Assembly (NCBI RefSeq): GCF_036321535.1
Contig: NC_087437.1
Span: forward strand, 64,792,001 to 64,856,000
Reading direction: 5' to 3'
DNA length: 64,000 nucleotides
From: Camelus dromedarius
Taxonomy: Eukaryota
Positions within the stretch are counted from its first letter, which is position 1. Each line of letters begins with the position of its first letter. Below, piece by piece: positions 15,451 to 28,699 of the stretch. Under the pieces are notes generated by a model. The model saw only the letters and a program-made list of their open reading frames with translations. It was not told the DNA's origin and ran no database searches. A program made the translations under genes and the position numbers.

Positions 15451-16019
15451 TCTTTATTTCTAAGTTATTTTTAATAATGAATAAGCACCTGTGAATCTAC
15501 CATCCAAAATAAAGAACACCAGTGGTACCCTGTGTTCCCCTTCTGCATCCTGTTCTTCTGCCTCTGTCCCTCCAAAGAAACCATCATCCCAAACCACATG
15601 TTTATCATTTCTTTGCTTTCCTCCCTACCCCCTAAACACCTTCTTAAAATTTTTTAAAAATCTTAATAAAGACTGAGGATACACATGAAAATGCTGAGTG
15701 ATTATATATCAGTAATGGAATCATGTACTTCTTCCTTGTTTTATGTTTTTGAAAAAAATGTATTACTTTTTATATTAGAAAAGATATTACTGTAAAATAA
15801 TATCATGTTATTTAAAAGGATGGCAATATAGACATAAACATTAAACAAGGAGGAAAAACATTGCAAAAAAAAAAAGATTTTACGAAGATTTTACACTCTA
15901 GTCATGCTATATATACCTTGAAATATATTTTGAAAACATGCTTGTGGATACTTCTTCATATCCTCCACCCTTTTCTTATTTCACCTCACCTTTTCTCTCT
16001 CTTCTATTTCTCCCTCTCT

Positions 16020-16600
16020 CTTAAAATAAACTTTTCACTGATATACAAGACATCACACACACACAAATCATACGTGAATTTGCACAATTTGCACAATAAA
16101 CACATCTGCATAAGCAACGTCCAGATCAAGAAGAGAAACAGAATGCTGAGGCCCCAGTCATAACCTGTCCTGGTCATTACCCTTCACCCAAGGTAACTGG
16201 CAGCCTGACCTCTATCACAAACCAGTTTCCCATGATGTTGAACTTTGTATAAATGGAACTATGCAATATATACTATTTTGTGTCTGCCTTCTTTTGTCTA
16301 GCACTATGTTTGCAAGATTCAACTATATTGTTCTGTGTAACAAGTTTGTTTTTTCTTACTATTACATAGAATTTTATATGATTATATCACACATTATCCA
16401 CTTCCTGTTAATGAACAGTTTGGGGTTTTAATGAATAATGCTACTATGAACATTCGTGATGTGCCTTCTGGTGAAAAATGTTGAGTGTATACCTACAAGT
16501 GGAATTTCTGGGTCATAGAGTTTATGTATATTGTATATCCAGTAGATACTGCCAAAAAGTTTTTCAAATGGTTGGAACTAATTTATCTTCCCACTAGCAC
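16020..16600 (-). mobile_element. Old L1M/L1ME 3' fragment
   Basis: Strings ccagatcaag, tataaatggaa, gctactatgaacattc and gtggaatttctgggtcatag are typical of old reverse L1 3' ends. Confidence 0.65.
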
Positions 16601-18127
16601 CGTGTCTCCCTGTCAGGAAATGTCCGCAAATATTTACGAATTTACTAACTGGCCTCTCCAACCTGGCACAGGAGAATCATGAGCCATCATTTAAAATATA
16701 AATCCTGAAACACACTATATTCAGTTGCCTCTATGAGAGGACTCTCCATTGCTAATGATATCTGCAGCTGCTCTGGAGGAAGACTATCTCCAGGTAATAA
16801 ATCTTCCCCAAATAAACCCCATGTATGTTTCTGTAAGCCCGACTTTGAAGCTGGATTATCCAACACACCCTCACACATGGCGGAAACCCATCCAGTTGGT
16901 TTCCTGTAATGTGGTACCCCTGAGGCAGAAATGTGACCATATAAAGAGACTCTATCTGTCAGGCTAGGTGCAGGGCAAAGTGAGGTCCCTAGATCAGCAA
17001 GAGCAGCAGCATCTGGGAACTTGCCAGAAATGTTAAGTTCTTGGTCCCGCCTGACCTACTGAATTAGAAATTCTGGGGGGGAGACCCAGCAACCTGTGTT
17101 TTAACAAGTCCTCTAGGCGAATTTAATGTACACTCAATTTTGAGAACTATTGCAATAGGTCAAGTTAGTAGACTGTTCCTTACCCTGAAAAATCTGTTTC
17201 CTACGAATGATTTTAAAAATGAACTTTTTCCCCCAATACCATAACTTTTTCCCCTGAACGTAACCTAGGAAAACAAAAATGCATAGGAACACAACAATTT
17301 CCTGTCAATGTCAAGTCATTCTTCAGTTTCCCTGAAATTTTTCTCATGCAGTAATTGCTAACATTTTATGACACTAGTATTCCAGGAAACACAGTTCAGA
17401 AACCATTGCTCTATAGCTAGGGTAACTTTCTGAATTATAATCAGTATGTGCAGTCTGTGAACTAGAGAAAGTGGCTATTTACCATAGATCAGCCACTTCT
17501 CGCCTTTCCTCTCGGCCGGATGTAGGGGATTTACCTATCTGGTTTCCATTCTCCTCTACCTTTCCCTGGCAGAATCTTGGGAGCTCTACTTTTAAACTTA
17601 AATCTTTCATTATTAAATCCCTTTTTCAAATGTGCCAAATTTGAGGCACATATTCCTCACAGCCAGTGCATCTGTGCACTGGGACCCTGTTTATTACACG
17701 GGGCCATTAGAAGTCACCTTCATAAATTCCCTCTGCCCAGCACCATGAGTCTCTTCTGCTTCTTCTGGGACTCCTTCCAGGGGCTCAGAGAAGGCCTCTT
17801 CTGGAACTGGAATGGTCCTGAACATGCTGCAAGCCCTGGCCCTCCAGTGTACACTCAGTGCCTCCCTGCCTGCCCTTCAGCCAGTGAGGGGCTTCTGAAG
17901 AGCTGGCCAAGGTGAGGGAGGCCACCAGAGGCCTCACAAAGAGCTCTCCCCATCTCAGTTTCCCATTCATGTTTGGAAATAAAATCCTATCCTCTTATTT
18001 TTGTTTTCTTCTCTCTTCTCTCCCTGTTTTTCTTTCCTATGTCTTCTGGCAGTTTCCAACTCCTTCTTAAGTCTTCTTTCAATCTTTCTGATGAGAAATG
18101 AAGCTCTTTTAAAAGTTGCGGGAAAGA

Positions 18128-18253
18128 TTTAATGGAAAGGAGTCTGAAAAAGAATATATATATATGTATATGCATGACTGGGACATTGTGCTGTACAGCA
18201 GAAATCGACACACTGTAACTGCCTGTACTTCAATAAAAAAAAACAAATAAATA
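18128..18253 (+). mobile_element. Extremely 5'-truncated L1 3' tail with TSD
   Basis: L1 terminal motif tgctgtacagcagaaatcgacacactgtaact...aataaaaaaaaa. TSD aaaagtt(gc/at)gggaaaga at 18111-18127 and 18254-18270. Confidence 0.85.
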
Positions 18254-18324
18254 AAAAGTTATGGGAAAGAGTGTCATTCCTGTTCTTTTTCAGCTGTGCC
18301 CATGTGCTGGTCACACTGGGCTGG

Positions 18325-18543
18325 GGTGGGTCAACAAACCACAGCCTAGGGGTCGAATCTAGCCCATCTGTTTTTTGTAGATGTTTTATTGAAATACAGG
18401 CATGCTTATTTACTTGCACATCATCTATGGTTGTTTTGGGGCTAGAAGGGCAGATGTGAGTAGTGACGACGGAGATTGTTTGGCCCACAAAGCCTAAAAT
18501 GTTTACCATGTGGTCCTTTACAGAGAAAGTTTGTTGAGACCTG
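18325..18543. mobile_element. hAT MITE (MER58-like)
   Basis: Strings gtagtgacgacggaga and tggcccacaaagcctaaaatgtttaccatgtggtcctttacagagaaagtttg. Terminal inverted similarity tcaacaaac / gtttgttga. Confidence 0.75.
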
Positions 18544-21500
18544 CGTTAAAATGAGCACATGAATGAGTAGTGAAAACTCTACTTTTGCCATGACTGTGCA
18601 CTGACAGCTTTGGAAATAGTTATGTGCCTGGTGTAAGCAATGATTTCGGCAGGTTGAAAGTAGCTGACTCTATGAGCTTCCTCAGAGGAATGAGTCCAAC
18701 AGCCTGTCTCACAGCTAGGGGAACGGGTCACTTCTTCCCCTTGGTTGCCAACTGACTCAGGAGGCATCAGGGGTGGTGTTTGTTTACCATTTGTTCACAT
18801 GAACAGAACAGAGTGGGTTGTGTGGTGGGACTCTCCCCACAGTGAAAAATCTTTAGCTAAGGATGGGAAGTCCAAGCTGAGCAGCTGAATCACCAGCAGC
18901 AGCAGTTTCTGCCCCTTTGATATCCTCAAATGAGTCAGTTCCCTGGGAGCCAGTTACTTTCCTGTGAAGATGACTTTAAGGGAGGGTGTCAGTGGTGTGG
19001 TCTGGTTGGGAAACAAATATCACTACCACCCAAGTAGCCCATGCATGATCTGGGTGGGAAGCAGGCCTGAAGGAGGAAGCCCAGGGCTCAAGGGAGGGGA
19101 GAAATGTTCACTCTGGAGATAGTCTTAACTCTCTGCTCCATCATTGGATGGGAGCACATTCCCTTGTGAAGTCATCTTCTTGCATTTCCCTGCCTCACTC
19201 TCTTCTCCTCCTCCACTTCAAGGCTCTACTACCCAATATCCTGAGGCCCAGAGCAGGGTGCCCATGGTGAGATTAGAGGAGAGCATCAGAAGAGGAGGAG
19301 GCTGATGTCAGTGCCCTTTGGCTAAGGACCAGCAGGACGGGGTTGGAACGAGGGTGAGGAAGGGGAGGCAGTGAGGGTGCAAAATGTAAGAGGCGCTGCT
19401 TGCTACGGCGGCCCTAGTCCCGCCCTGCTGGAGGACCACCCCCGTGGTTGGATAAGCTGGACTTGTTACTCACTGCAGAGAAGTAGACTGGTAGAAAGGA
19501 CTTGCACGGTTGGGGCTTGTACCAGGTAATTTTGGGGAGGGTTTAAGGAAGCAGCACTTTGCATTCTGTCAGGAAGCGGGGATCCTTCTATGACTGGGTA
19601 TCTTAGTAAATCTTGAGAAGAAAGAAAAACTAGAGTGAGGCCGAAGCTGTAATTGACTGAAAAAAAGCAGCAGTCACCTGAGCTAGGATGGGGAATGTTT
19701 GATCATTTTTGTGGTTTGGACAATGTTAATGTTCTTTTTTTCCCCTGTGTTCAGATGTGATTGTGGAGTGGTCTTATTTTTGTCTTTAGCCATCACAGTC
19801 ACAGAGTGGCCTTGTTGGTGGTGATGTTCTATGAAATTGCTTATGTTCAACAGAAGACCAGGGCCTCGCTAATAGTACCGCCCAGCTCCCAGTTATCAGG
19901 GGCCATTTTTCTCTTTTTCATTGACCACTTCACTTTTTTTCAAAGTCACAAATTCACATGATAGTGGATCCAGAGAGGACGTTAGAAACCACCCAGTTCA
20001 AAGTTTAAGTTCAGGAAGTGAAAGCTCAGAGATGTTACCTGCCTTGCCAACATCACACAGCCAGTTGGTGTCACAGCCGGCACTGGGACCATGTTTCTTG
20101 ACCTGGAAGCCCTGCACACACTGGCCCTACCTCCTTTGGCAGCCTCATCTGCAGGTGCAGGGAGAGCCTACACTGCCCTCCCTCTTTCTGTGCTCCAGCC
20201 TGCCCATCCCTTCAGTTTCTCTGACAGGCCAGATTCTTTATTGTCTTAGGCCCATCCTACAAGCTGCTTTCTCTGCTTAGAATGCTCTTCCACCCTTCTG
20301 ATCTGCACCTCCTTCTTAATCCATTTCTCCTCACCCTTAGGAACTGGTTCAAACACCACTTCTCAAGGCAGCTCCTCCTAAATCCACAAGCCTCATTCTC
20401 CTTGCTTTGTGCATCTTTCTAGTACTTCCGTGCCAGAGTCCCTGAGTCTCCATGCAGTCAGGGTCTGGTCTATCAGTTCACTGCTGTACACTCAGGACAC
20501 AGCAGATGCTCACTAATGAATGGATGCTTTACCCCGAGCCTGCTGGAGGCTCTATCACAAGAAATCTTTTTATAGTATAGTTAAAAAAAACCATTCTGAA
20601 ATCTTCTCTTGAGGCCTCTATATAAACGTAGAGTCTGGCTGCAAGTAAACAATACGACAGGCTAAAGTAAAAATGCTGAGGTGTTACAAATAGGTGGAGG
20701 ATGGATGTGATGATCCCATTCCAACGTCGTCTTTCCTGTGATTGCTATCTGGACATGCGGGTGTGCTTGAAAGGCCAGGGTACAGCCAGGAGCTCTTCAC
20801 ACCCCTCACCCAGAGAAAAGTCCTGGAGCCTGAAGTGCCTATTGCATCATTATTTAAAATGTTAGAAGAGAGTACTGAGGAGACTGGCATGCAAGAGGCT
20901 ACAAAGCTGAGATAGTTCAGTGAGTTCTTATACATATTTATCATCTTGGGAGGAGGGCAGAGAGGGTGTATGGGCCTAGCTGAGATTCAGCTGATGAAAA
21001 CTATGGCTGCTCTTCCCAAAAAATGTACATCTGCACATAAATTCTATTTGTCTCAAGGGTTTCATGTACCTGAGAAACAAGGTTGTGACTTGCCCCCAGA
21101 AATAGAGCAAGAATGAAAGCCAAGCTTCCTCATTCCTCATGTGGCATCCTTTTCCTTCCACCAAAATGTTTATTCCATCATGAGAGGCAACAGGGCATAA
21201 CCTTTGAAGGCACAGGCTCTGGATGACCCCAAGGTTCAAATCTCTGCTTCAACAACTCCGAGTTGGTGACTTGGGACAAGTTGTTTAATTTCAGTGTCTT
21301 TGTTTCCTCCTCTGCATAACAATACAGGAATAACAATAGCAGTGTTGCTGTAGGGATTATATTAAAATAATACTTGTAAGAACTTGGCATAAAGCTTAGC
21401 ACATAGTAAATGCTCAAGAAACCTTAGTTCTTAATATGATGAGAACAGTGATGCCCCTTCCCCTCCAACTTGGACTGAGCAGAACTGTCACCTTGCCATC

Positions 21501-22079
21501 TCCCTCTGGTCCTAGAAAACAACTAGTTTCGTTCACCCACAGCCAGAGCATGGCTACCTTCAAACAGCAAGTGTATGATGATGAGACAGGACTGCAACAG
21601 AAAGCCAGCCAAGCCACCCAACAGCTCGATTAGCAACGCAGTTAGCCTCCTGTCCACAGGGTGGGTGAGATTAGCTGTGTGACACACTCTTACAATCATC
21701 ATCATGACATTTGCTGACATCTTTAAGGTGACTGCAGTCCAGATGGCGACACTCAGAAAGCCGGAAAAAGTCTGAACTGATGGCAAGCAGAACAAGCAAG
21801 GAAATTCTGCTGTTGATTCCATGGGGAAGATGGGTTTCAGGTTCCAAAGAGGCAAACCTCTGATCCTTCGTGTATCGGTCTGATTGGTCATTGCGATAAC
21901 TTGGAAGCCTGCTAGTGAAGAAACCAAGAGAAAGCCTTCCGGCTGAAGAAACCTGGTGGAGGAGACAGTGGACTAGATAGAAGGGGTGGGGAAACCGTGG
22001 TTCTAGTCTCGGCTGTGCCACTGCCCCTTTGGCCCAGCGTCTCCCTTCTCTGGGAGTTGGTTTCTTCATCTGTAAGGTG

Positions 22080-22640
22080 GCTGAGTTAGGAGGCGCGGGT
22101 CTGGTGGGTCCTGCGAAGTCCCTTCTATGCAGGCGGAGCCTCACTAGAGGCTGGGCTTAGAAGTGGCCACTGCCCTGTCTCCTCCCCTCGTTTGGATGAG
22201 GGGGTCTCCCTCGTCCCTCCCACCGACTGCCCACCCCCTGGGGGCTCAGCCACCGCACTGCGGCCAGAGGCGGCGCAGGGAGAGGACGCCCCTAGGGGAC
22301 GTGGACTCCTTTCCCCGCTGTCAGCAGGCCGCTCCTGCGCCGCCCTCTGCCTTTCTGCCCGCGCATCCCCGCGCCCGCATCCGCCGCGGGGCCGGCTGTG
22401 CTGGAGCAGAAAGATCGCAGATCGATTTTCAGCCCCAGCCCGGCCGTGGCGTCAGCAGAGAAGAGAGGCTGTTTTGACTTGTGATGCTTGGGGCTAAAGA
22501 AGAGGCCCTCTGGCCTTGGGCGCCTACACGAGGAGACGCTGCCTTTGCACCTTCCTGGCCCACGCGGGTGACTCCTCCAAAGGGCCACCCCCGCGCGGGC
22601 CACGCTGGGCTTGGAGGATCCCGTCCGGGGTCCTAGGCTG
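22080..22640. promoter_or_regulatory. Intragenic CpG-rich island in CASR intron 1
   Basis: Locally very GC-rich with dense CpG (e.g. CCCCGCGCCCGCATCCGCCGCGGGGCCGG) against a CpG-poor background. Not recognisably a repeat. Confidence 0.6.
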
Positions 22641-22984
22641 ATTGATAACTTCAGAACAGCGACACACACTCAGCAGAATGAACACATAATTAAGAATCCA
22701 GTAATGCCCAGGCCAGAAGACATCTCAGAATCGTTTAGCTTAAATCTCCCATTTATAAAAGGGTAAACTGAGGCTCGGTGAGGGGAAGCAGCTTGCGAAG
22801 GTGACATGGCCAGACTAGCAGTGCTAGGAGTAGGATGTGATCATTCTGTCACTCCATAGAGCTTACTTAGGTAACGAACGGAAGGTTCTAACAAATCTTT
22901 TAGTGTGCAAGCTTTACAAAAGAAAATACAACACAATGTAAATGATGAAATAAAAATTAATATTTTAAGGGAAGACAAGAAAAA

Positions 22985-24233
22985 TTTAAACATAAAATTT
23001 TTCTCTGCCCATTTTGGACTCTTTCCTCCCCTCTAATGTGCACTATGTGTAAACCAGACCTCTCCAATGGCAGAAATACCTGCTCAGATATAAAGATCAA
23101 TTTTTCTTCTTCTGGCGCCAGCCATATAACTCCTTAGAAGATAACATTCCTCTCTCAACCCTGTAAGGGGTCACGCTGACCCACAGCTTGCCTTGCACCT
23201 GCAGACATCTTTGGTGAACTTTATGTACAATGCCACTATATAATTTCCCTTAAAGATAGCAACTGGTACAGAACAGACTGGTCAGACAGCCTGGGGAGAT
23301 AATGGGCCGCAACTAATGGAAATTCAAAGCTTAAGTACTTACTTATGACCTCATTAATGTTACTAGCCATGTTACTTGTATTCTGCCTATTTTATAAGAT
23401 TGTTGTTTCTTGCATTACCAAATGTGTGACTGAGCCTCCAATAAAATTAATGATGATTAGGTAACATGAAACGATTGACCAGATATATGGTCTTATAAGA
23501 TCAATGATTATTCTGTAAGTCTACATAATGGGAAGAAGAAACAAGAGGGAATTTTTTCCTGGACAGTAACAGACCAGTGAGATAGGATATCCAGAGGCCT
23601 TTGGCTTCTGTTAACAGGGCCCAGTCCAGTAACAGCACATTGAGTGGCCTATCAACGAAATCCTTGCCTGACTTGGGAACGAGCATCCTCACATCGTGAG
23701 ACAAATTAGTTAGAAAATGACTCCCAAACGTTGGTCGAAATTAAGACTCAAAAGGGAAAGCACCGTGAAATCAAGAATGCTGCCCACCACCCAGTTCTAT
23801 AAGAATCAAGTCCTCAGCCGCTGCAGTCTTTGACCTACAGTACACCTTGAAAAGAATTCAGGGTGAAAGATCAGGATGAAGCACTCTGTTCTGGGAAAAC
23901 TGACAGAACTGGCCCTCAGATAGAGATTTTAATGAACTTGGATTCTCCCCATACTTAGAAAAGCACTAAAACCATTAACTAAGATGTCTGTTCCTCGTGA
24001 CCAGCAGCAACCTTCTACCGAGATGTGTGCTTGATGGCATGTACCCCCTTTGCCAATATCACATGCACGCTGACCTTCCCCTTCCCTGCTTCGGAACAAT
24101 TCTCAGAGCTCTCTGAAAGCCTGTCCTCTGGGTTATGATCCTCAGTTTGGCGTGAATAAAAACTATCTATTTCTTTCTTAGGTTGACTATTGGTTGGTTG
24201 GTTCATTCATTCATTTATTTATTTTTGTCGACA
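22985..24233 (+). mobile_element. ERV (class I-like) LTR-element remnant
   Basis: Env-TM-like reading frame at 23303-23464, purine tract AAAAGGGAAAG at 23750-23760 followed by TG, AATAAA at 24155-24160 and terminal ...GTCGACA at 24233. Confidence 0.65.
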
Positions 24234-27200
24234 GAAAGATCCAACCCACTGGCATATTGACATATTATATCCAAATACTACAGAATTTTAAATCAGGAAA
24301 GGATATGAGAGATCTTCTCGGTCACTCCTTCATTTCAGTTACTGACTGCTTAGTGGCTGAGAAGAGTGGAGACTCCCGTGGACCTTGCCCACTGCCACAG
24401 CTGTTATATAAAGGAACTCACCTTGACAGAAATGCAAATAAACTCCATACATACACTCCAGCAGGAAAGTAGAAAATTTTGTTTCTAGTGTGTATCCTGA
24501 TTTGAGGGTGGGATGGGGTGGGAGGGAAAAGTATAGAGGCTGGCAAAAAGTGTTTAGCAGACTTAACAATGTCTATTTAAAATTTAAGACTGTTCACAAT
24601 AAAATATACACTGAGCATAGAGTATCTTTATAGTGTTGTGGATTATTAAGTTTTAAGCTCAAAGAGTTTGTCTATCTTGCAGGGACTTCACTGCATGCAG
24701 GCAAGGCTGTGTAAATCAACTGTGGTACCCCTGAGGGTTAGATCATTTATAATAAAATGCTAAATAAATGATTGAGAATTACAGAAAAGATAAATCAGCA
24801 CGTCTCTGAGGGATGGATCTGACAGGAGTGGGGCATTGGGCGACTGGAGGTGTGGACAGGCAAGGGGAGGGGACAATAGGTGGTGGGGAGGCAGACTAGG
24901 TGAAGGCACGGGAGGGGTGGCACCATGGTGGTTCTGTTCTTAGGGGATAATCCTTAACTCACAGGGTTGTCATTCTAACACATGTAAAGGTGTCTGGCAT
25001 GTCAGTCTTAGTATACAGACACAGCTCTGGCTCTGTCCTACTCAGCCCCTTCCTCTCTTCTAAGTGACCAGTCTGTCAGTCCTTCCTTTTCAAGGACTGG
25101 ATTCCAGCCAGAGACAGACGGGTCTATGTAAGTAGAGCACAAGAGGCATGATCACGATTTGAGGAGCCCAGATTCCTTCCTTTTCTCTGCAACCTGGCAA
25201 CACTATTTCTAACAGCAAATAATGGAACTCCACGTCCAACAAGTGAGGATTGGCCTGCAAAGATGGGTCAGTCTCATAACAGACTGTGCAGTCCTAAAAA
25301 AACACACAATAAAACCACCTAAAGACTCATGATATGCTGTTAAATAATTTAAAAAATCAAAATTAAGTTAAAAAAAACAAACTTAAAGAATAATACATAC
25401 AGTGAAACCAGTTTGTCCTAAAAATATGAATACACAAAGGAAGAAAAGATGGAGAATTATTAACATCCTTGTGAACTGAACAGGGAGGAGATAACTAGTG
25501 TTAGCACGATGATGCTGAAAACAAACAACAGCAATGACAGAATTACTTGAGATTCATGGGGATTAAGTGACTTGACAAAGCCCCAGCTGGAACAAGAGTT
25601 CACACTCCTGACTCAATGTTCCTCCATGGGACCATTCTAATCCACTCCTTCTTCAGTCCCTCATAGGTATATAAATTTCAGGAAGGATATATTACTAAGT
25701 AACTGTACTGACGTGGCCACAGGGTCATTTAGATGCCTTAGAAGAATAGGGATTCTTTTTTCTTTAAGAAATGATGCTTGGCAGACATCCTCCCTGCTTC
25801 CCGAATCTCTCATGGGCAAGTGGTGTGGGCCAGCTGCCAGGCACTTATGCACACACCCTGTGTACCCAGACTACCAGAGCTGGTGGTTACCTTGGGAACT
25901 ATTTAGCAAATGAGAAAACCGAAGGTCTAGACAAAGTGAATTGTCTTTACCCTTAGCTGGGAATGGACACTCCCAAGGGCCTCCTCCAGCCCCCATTATC
26001 TCACTTTGTAGAATCTACTCTAAAATAACACTGTTCTCTTTTAAAGGCTATCCCAGAAAAAGACCAGCCCCACCTCAAACCTGGGAGAAGAGGGCTGGGC
26101 AGTTCTCCCTTTCTGGCAGAATTCTCAGTTCACGTGCCCGAGTCAAAGGAGGGGTGTGAACAGATGTGGATTCAGGTATTTTGTGTAGAGAATGTGCTCG
26201 CTTAATGGATCTCAAAGGAAGTAGGAGAAGATGGGATTTAAATAGACAAATAAGAGAGAGGTGAGTAAAAGGTAAAAGGTACTGCCACAGGCTGTTTATT
26301 AAATCCTCCCAACAATTTCCACAGGTGTTTTCCCCACTCATAGGATGATCTGTGTGAGACTCAGAGCGGTGGAGTGACTTGGCCAAGTCACATTGTAATA
26401 AATGATGGAGAAAGAATTTAAACCTAGGGTGGACACTTCACTGGTATACTGGAGATTTCTGTTGTTTTTTATTGTTACCACCTATGTTTTTACTGTACAC
26501 TAGCTGCATTGTTACTATTGTTTCTAGCTGTAATATATCAGTAAACATTCTGCATCTTTAATAGAAGATTTATTGAGTTCAGGGTTCGATTCTCATGGTG
26601 GCTTAATAAAAACTATAGAAAAAGAGCCCGTTCCATTCCATTAGGTTCAATTCTTCGTATTTGTTGAATGAAAGATTAATAGATTCAGAGCTTCCTCCAA
26701 ACCCCTGTAGATCCTTATTCTGCCCCACTGTGGACCAACAAGGTGAAGACTGGCTATGGGTAGAGAGAGGCTGGGACTGGAGCTGGGACAAGAAAGACTT
26801 TAGCACCAAGCTGGCAGCTGAAATGGTGAGGATTATGATTCTCCCAGGAAGGCAGTGAGGGGAAAAGAAAATGAATGATAGCCTTAAAGTGGAATTTCCC
26901 AAAGTGTTCTTGGTCAGATACATATGGAAACACTGTGTTAAATAAAAACAAACATGTCTCTTTACTTGCAGGACTTATCAGAGTCTTTCATAGTTGAATG
27001 TGCATTGCAGAATATCCAAGAAAAGAACACAGTCAATAAAGTTGAGAGTTAAGACCAAAATAATGTCATTCTGTTAATTTGCTTGTTCTTATTTTTTCCT
27101 TTTCTCCTGGATCTCAAGTTCAAAGTGCTGCAAGTCCTTGGTGTTCTACGATTTATTTAATTTATTTGCAGTTAACTGTGATTCCCTGTGATGACTAACA

Positions 27201-28699
27201 GGGATGCTGCTCTATATTTCTCTAGAAATTTTCAGTCTAAGTCACACTAAATTCCCAATAGTTGGAAATAAGCAGTAACATCTGACACTCCACTGGCTCC
27301 TGGATTACTGTCATAAGTTGCCAACCTTTCTACATGTTGCTTGGTAGCATTTAGCACTGGCTGGGACTGACACTGGGAGAAGAGCAGAAAGGAGTGGTCA
27401 GATGATGACAAGCTCTGGAAGGAAGCAAGCTGCTGCTCCTTGTGCTTGACACCAGAATGGACCATCCCTTGTCGTGTTACTACCTATATTTGCCTTGGGA
27501 TCAGGTGTCACTGTTCTCTCTTTTATAAAAATATTTTTATTGAGGTATAACTTACATATAACACAGTTCACAAATCATTAAAGTACAACTCGATAAATTT
27601 TTACAAATGCACAATATCCATGTAACCACCATCCAGATCAAGGCATAGAGCATTCCCAGCACTGCAGAAGACTCCCTCATCCCCCCTCCAAGTCAATTAC
27701 ACCCCCAACTATTATTCTCATTTCTATCGCTAGAGATTGGTTTGCTTATCTTTAACTTGATATGTAACTCAGAGCATAGCGATGCTTGTTGCCCTGCAGA
27801 TTAATGCACCTTGGTGAAGCCTTTACTCACACCCCAGCTGCCACACATGTTCATGGGTCATAACTGGCACATGGGGTATATACACATACGTGCAAGCACA
27901 TAAGCCAGCATCACAGCACTGAGCTGAAACTTGTCACAGAACTCTGAATATTTCACCTTCTGTGCAAAACACTGTTGAAATGGCAGAGAAACAGAGAATG
28001 GGATCAAGAAGGCAATTATGTTCCTAGTGAGGCTACCAAAAGGCATCATGCTCCATATCAAACCAAGACTGGGTGGCAGGGACTCCTCCTGTCTAAATCA
28101 CGAACTGCTAAAGAACATGGAGATCACACTATATCCTATTCTACTAGAGATGTCAAATGTCTGAATCATCCTCCAAATGTCTCATCAAACTGGTGTCACA
28201 GGTGGCAATCTCCATCCTTCTAACCTTTCACTGGCAGCTGTCACTCTAACCCAGCCCTGACTGAGGTTTTGAACCAGTTCCCATCTCTGGCTCCAGGAAG
28301 GCAGCTCTTCCTGCTGGGACCTAGCTCAGTGATAGATCCCCCTTCACTCTGGGGGCTGCTGTGACTTTGGTGACCCTCGTCTTGGTGAACCCTGATCCCG
28401 ATGACCCTGGTGCCAGGTTTGGGTCTCTGATCCAGATTCCTGATCCATGTTGGGTCTATCTAATGCCATCCGCCTGTTCTTCTGGAGCTTGAACAACTGT
28501 ATCCTCATCCTTGCCTAGACTCAGGAGATGAGTCCTAGATTCTGTTTCTATAGGTAGGTTACACCAGGCTGTCAACCTCTGAAAATGAATCATGTCACCA
28601 CTACTTTAGGGGTCATTTGTATCTTAAATGGAGCCACTTAGATTGGTCTATGAAATGCATCTGTCCACCTCATATTGACCTCTTCCTGATTCACCAACA

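Noticed and set aside
17921..17935. CTCF-like motifs (CCACCAGAGG here; CACTAGAGG at ~22142 and ~46338)
   Set aside because: They lack the 3' GGC/GCR part of the core consensus and are too weak to call without ChIP data.
21523..22669. Cluster of overlapping 100-157 aa ORFs
   Set aside because: They overlap on both strands in GC-rich or MIR-containing DNA, with no recognisable protein similarity or exon structure.
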